Of a stretch of 40,000 bases of DNA, positions 39,878 through 40,000 are shown piece by piece. This DNA is from Anaerolineales bacterium (lineage in GTDB: Bacteria; Chloroflexota; Anaerolineae; 4572-78; J111), in assembly GCA_015075405.1 (NCBI GenBank), contig JABTUK010000005.1, positions 773,747 through 813,746 on the forward strand, in the 5' to 3' direction. Both the position numbers and the translations under genes were made by a program. How positions within the stretch are numbered: the first letter of the stretch is position 1; every line of letters begins with the position of its first letter. The notes beneath the pieces were generated by a model. The model ran no database searches. It saw only the letters and a list, made by a program, of their open reading frames with translations, and was not told where the DNA came from.

Positions 39878-40000
39878 GATTGCCATTATGATAACATAAT
39901 TTAGTTGAATTGACAATCAGAATTACAAATAAGCCCCTTCCGCGTGGAAGGGGCTTATTGATGGGTACTCCTACAAAACTCAAACTGTTCGAGTTTTGTA

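Noticed and set aside
39750-39983. 77-aa ORF on the minus strand at the window edge. Similar cases are 30924-31163(-), 38922-39245(+), 37825-38019(-) and 28073-28258(+).
   Set aside because: They overlap structured repeats or terminators, or are antisense to better-supported genes. None has an RBS or motif.

Overview
GC-rich bacterial chromosome segment. Gene content and repeat style look Chloroflexota-like, but that is inference only. Positions 1-28.2 kb are core genes: a SorC regulator with a fused E1alpha/beta plus E2 2-oxoacid dehydrogenase; a minus-strand operon of an NCS2 nucleobase permease and a three-subunit xanthine-dehydrogenase-family molybdoenzyme; an amidase; a cbb3-type oxidase cluster (dihaem cytochrome c, ccoN, ccoO) with a maturation/copper set (CcoS-like, DsbD_2/TauE-like, CcoI-type P-type ATPase, MerE-like CPCHLP protein, CcoG-like ferredoxin); an FGE/SUMF1-like enzyme; mevalonate kinase; and a sulfotransferase. 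The intergenic spacers hold several families of hairpin repeats: three MITE-like families, plus hairpins whose arms are tandem 7-10 nt words. Two heptamer arrays also sit in frame inside the P-type ATPase gene. At 28.26 kb a tRNA-Lys(UUU) lies next to a tyrosine integrase. A plasmid/AICE-like module follows: a Rep protein with a DnaA-N-like domain, five palindromic iterons and an AT-rich stretch, a 10-bp-phased ACAAGTT array, small membrane proteins, a WGR protein, and a HerA/FtsK-like ATPase with two C-terminal winged-helix repeats. From about 35.5 kb to the window end the sequence becomes visibly AT-rich and carries three TIR-domain genes, a small 3-TM protein, a pentapeptide-repeat-like ORF and an unassignable 182-aa ORF. 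This island is punctuated by two ~115-bp structured direct repeats and a ~0.5-kb hairpin-rich non-coding stretch. It is my best candidate for an undescribed TIR-based defence locus. All functional calls rest on motif recognition by eye; no database search was possible.
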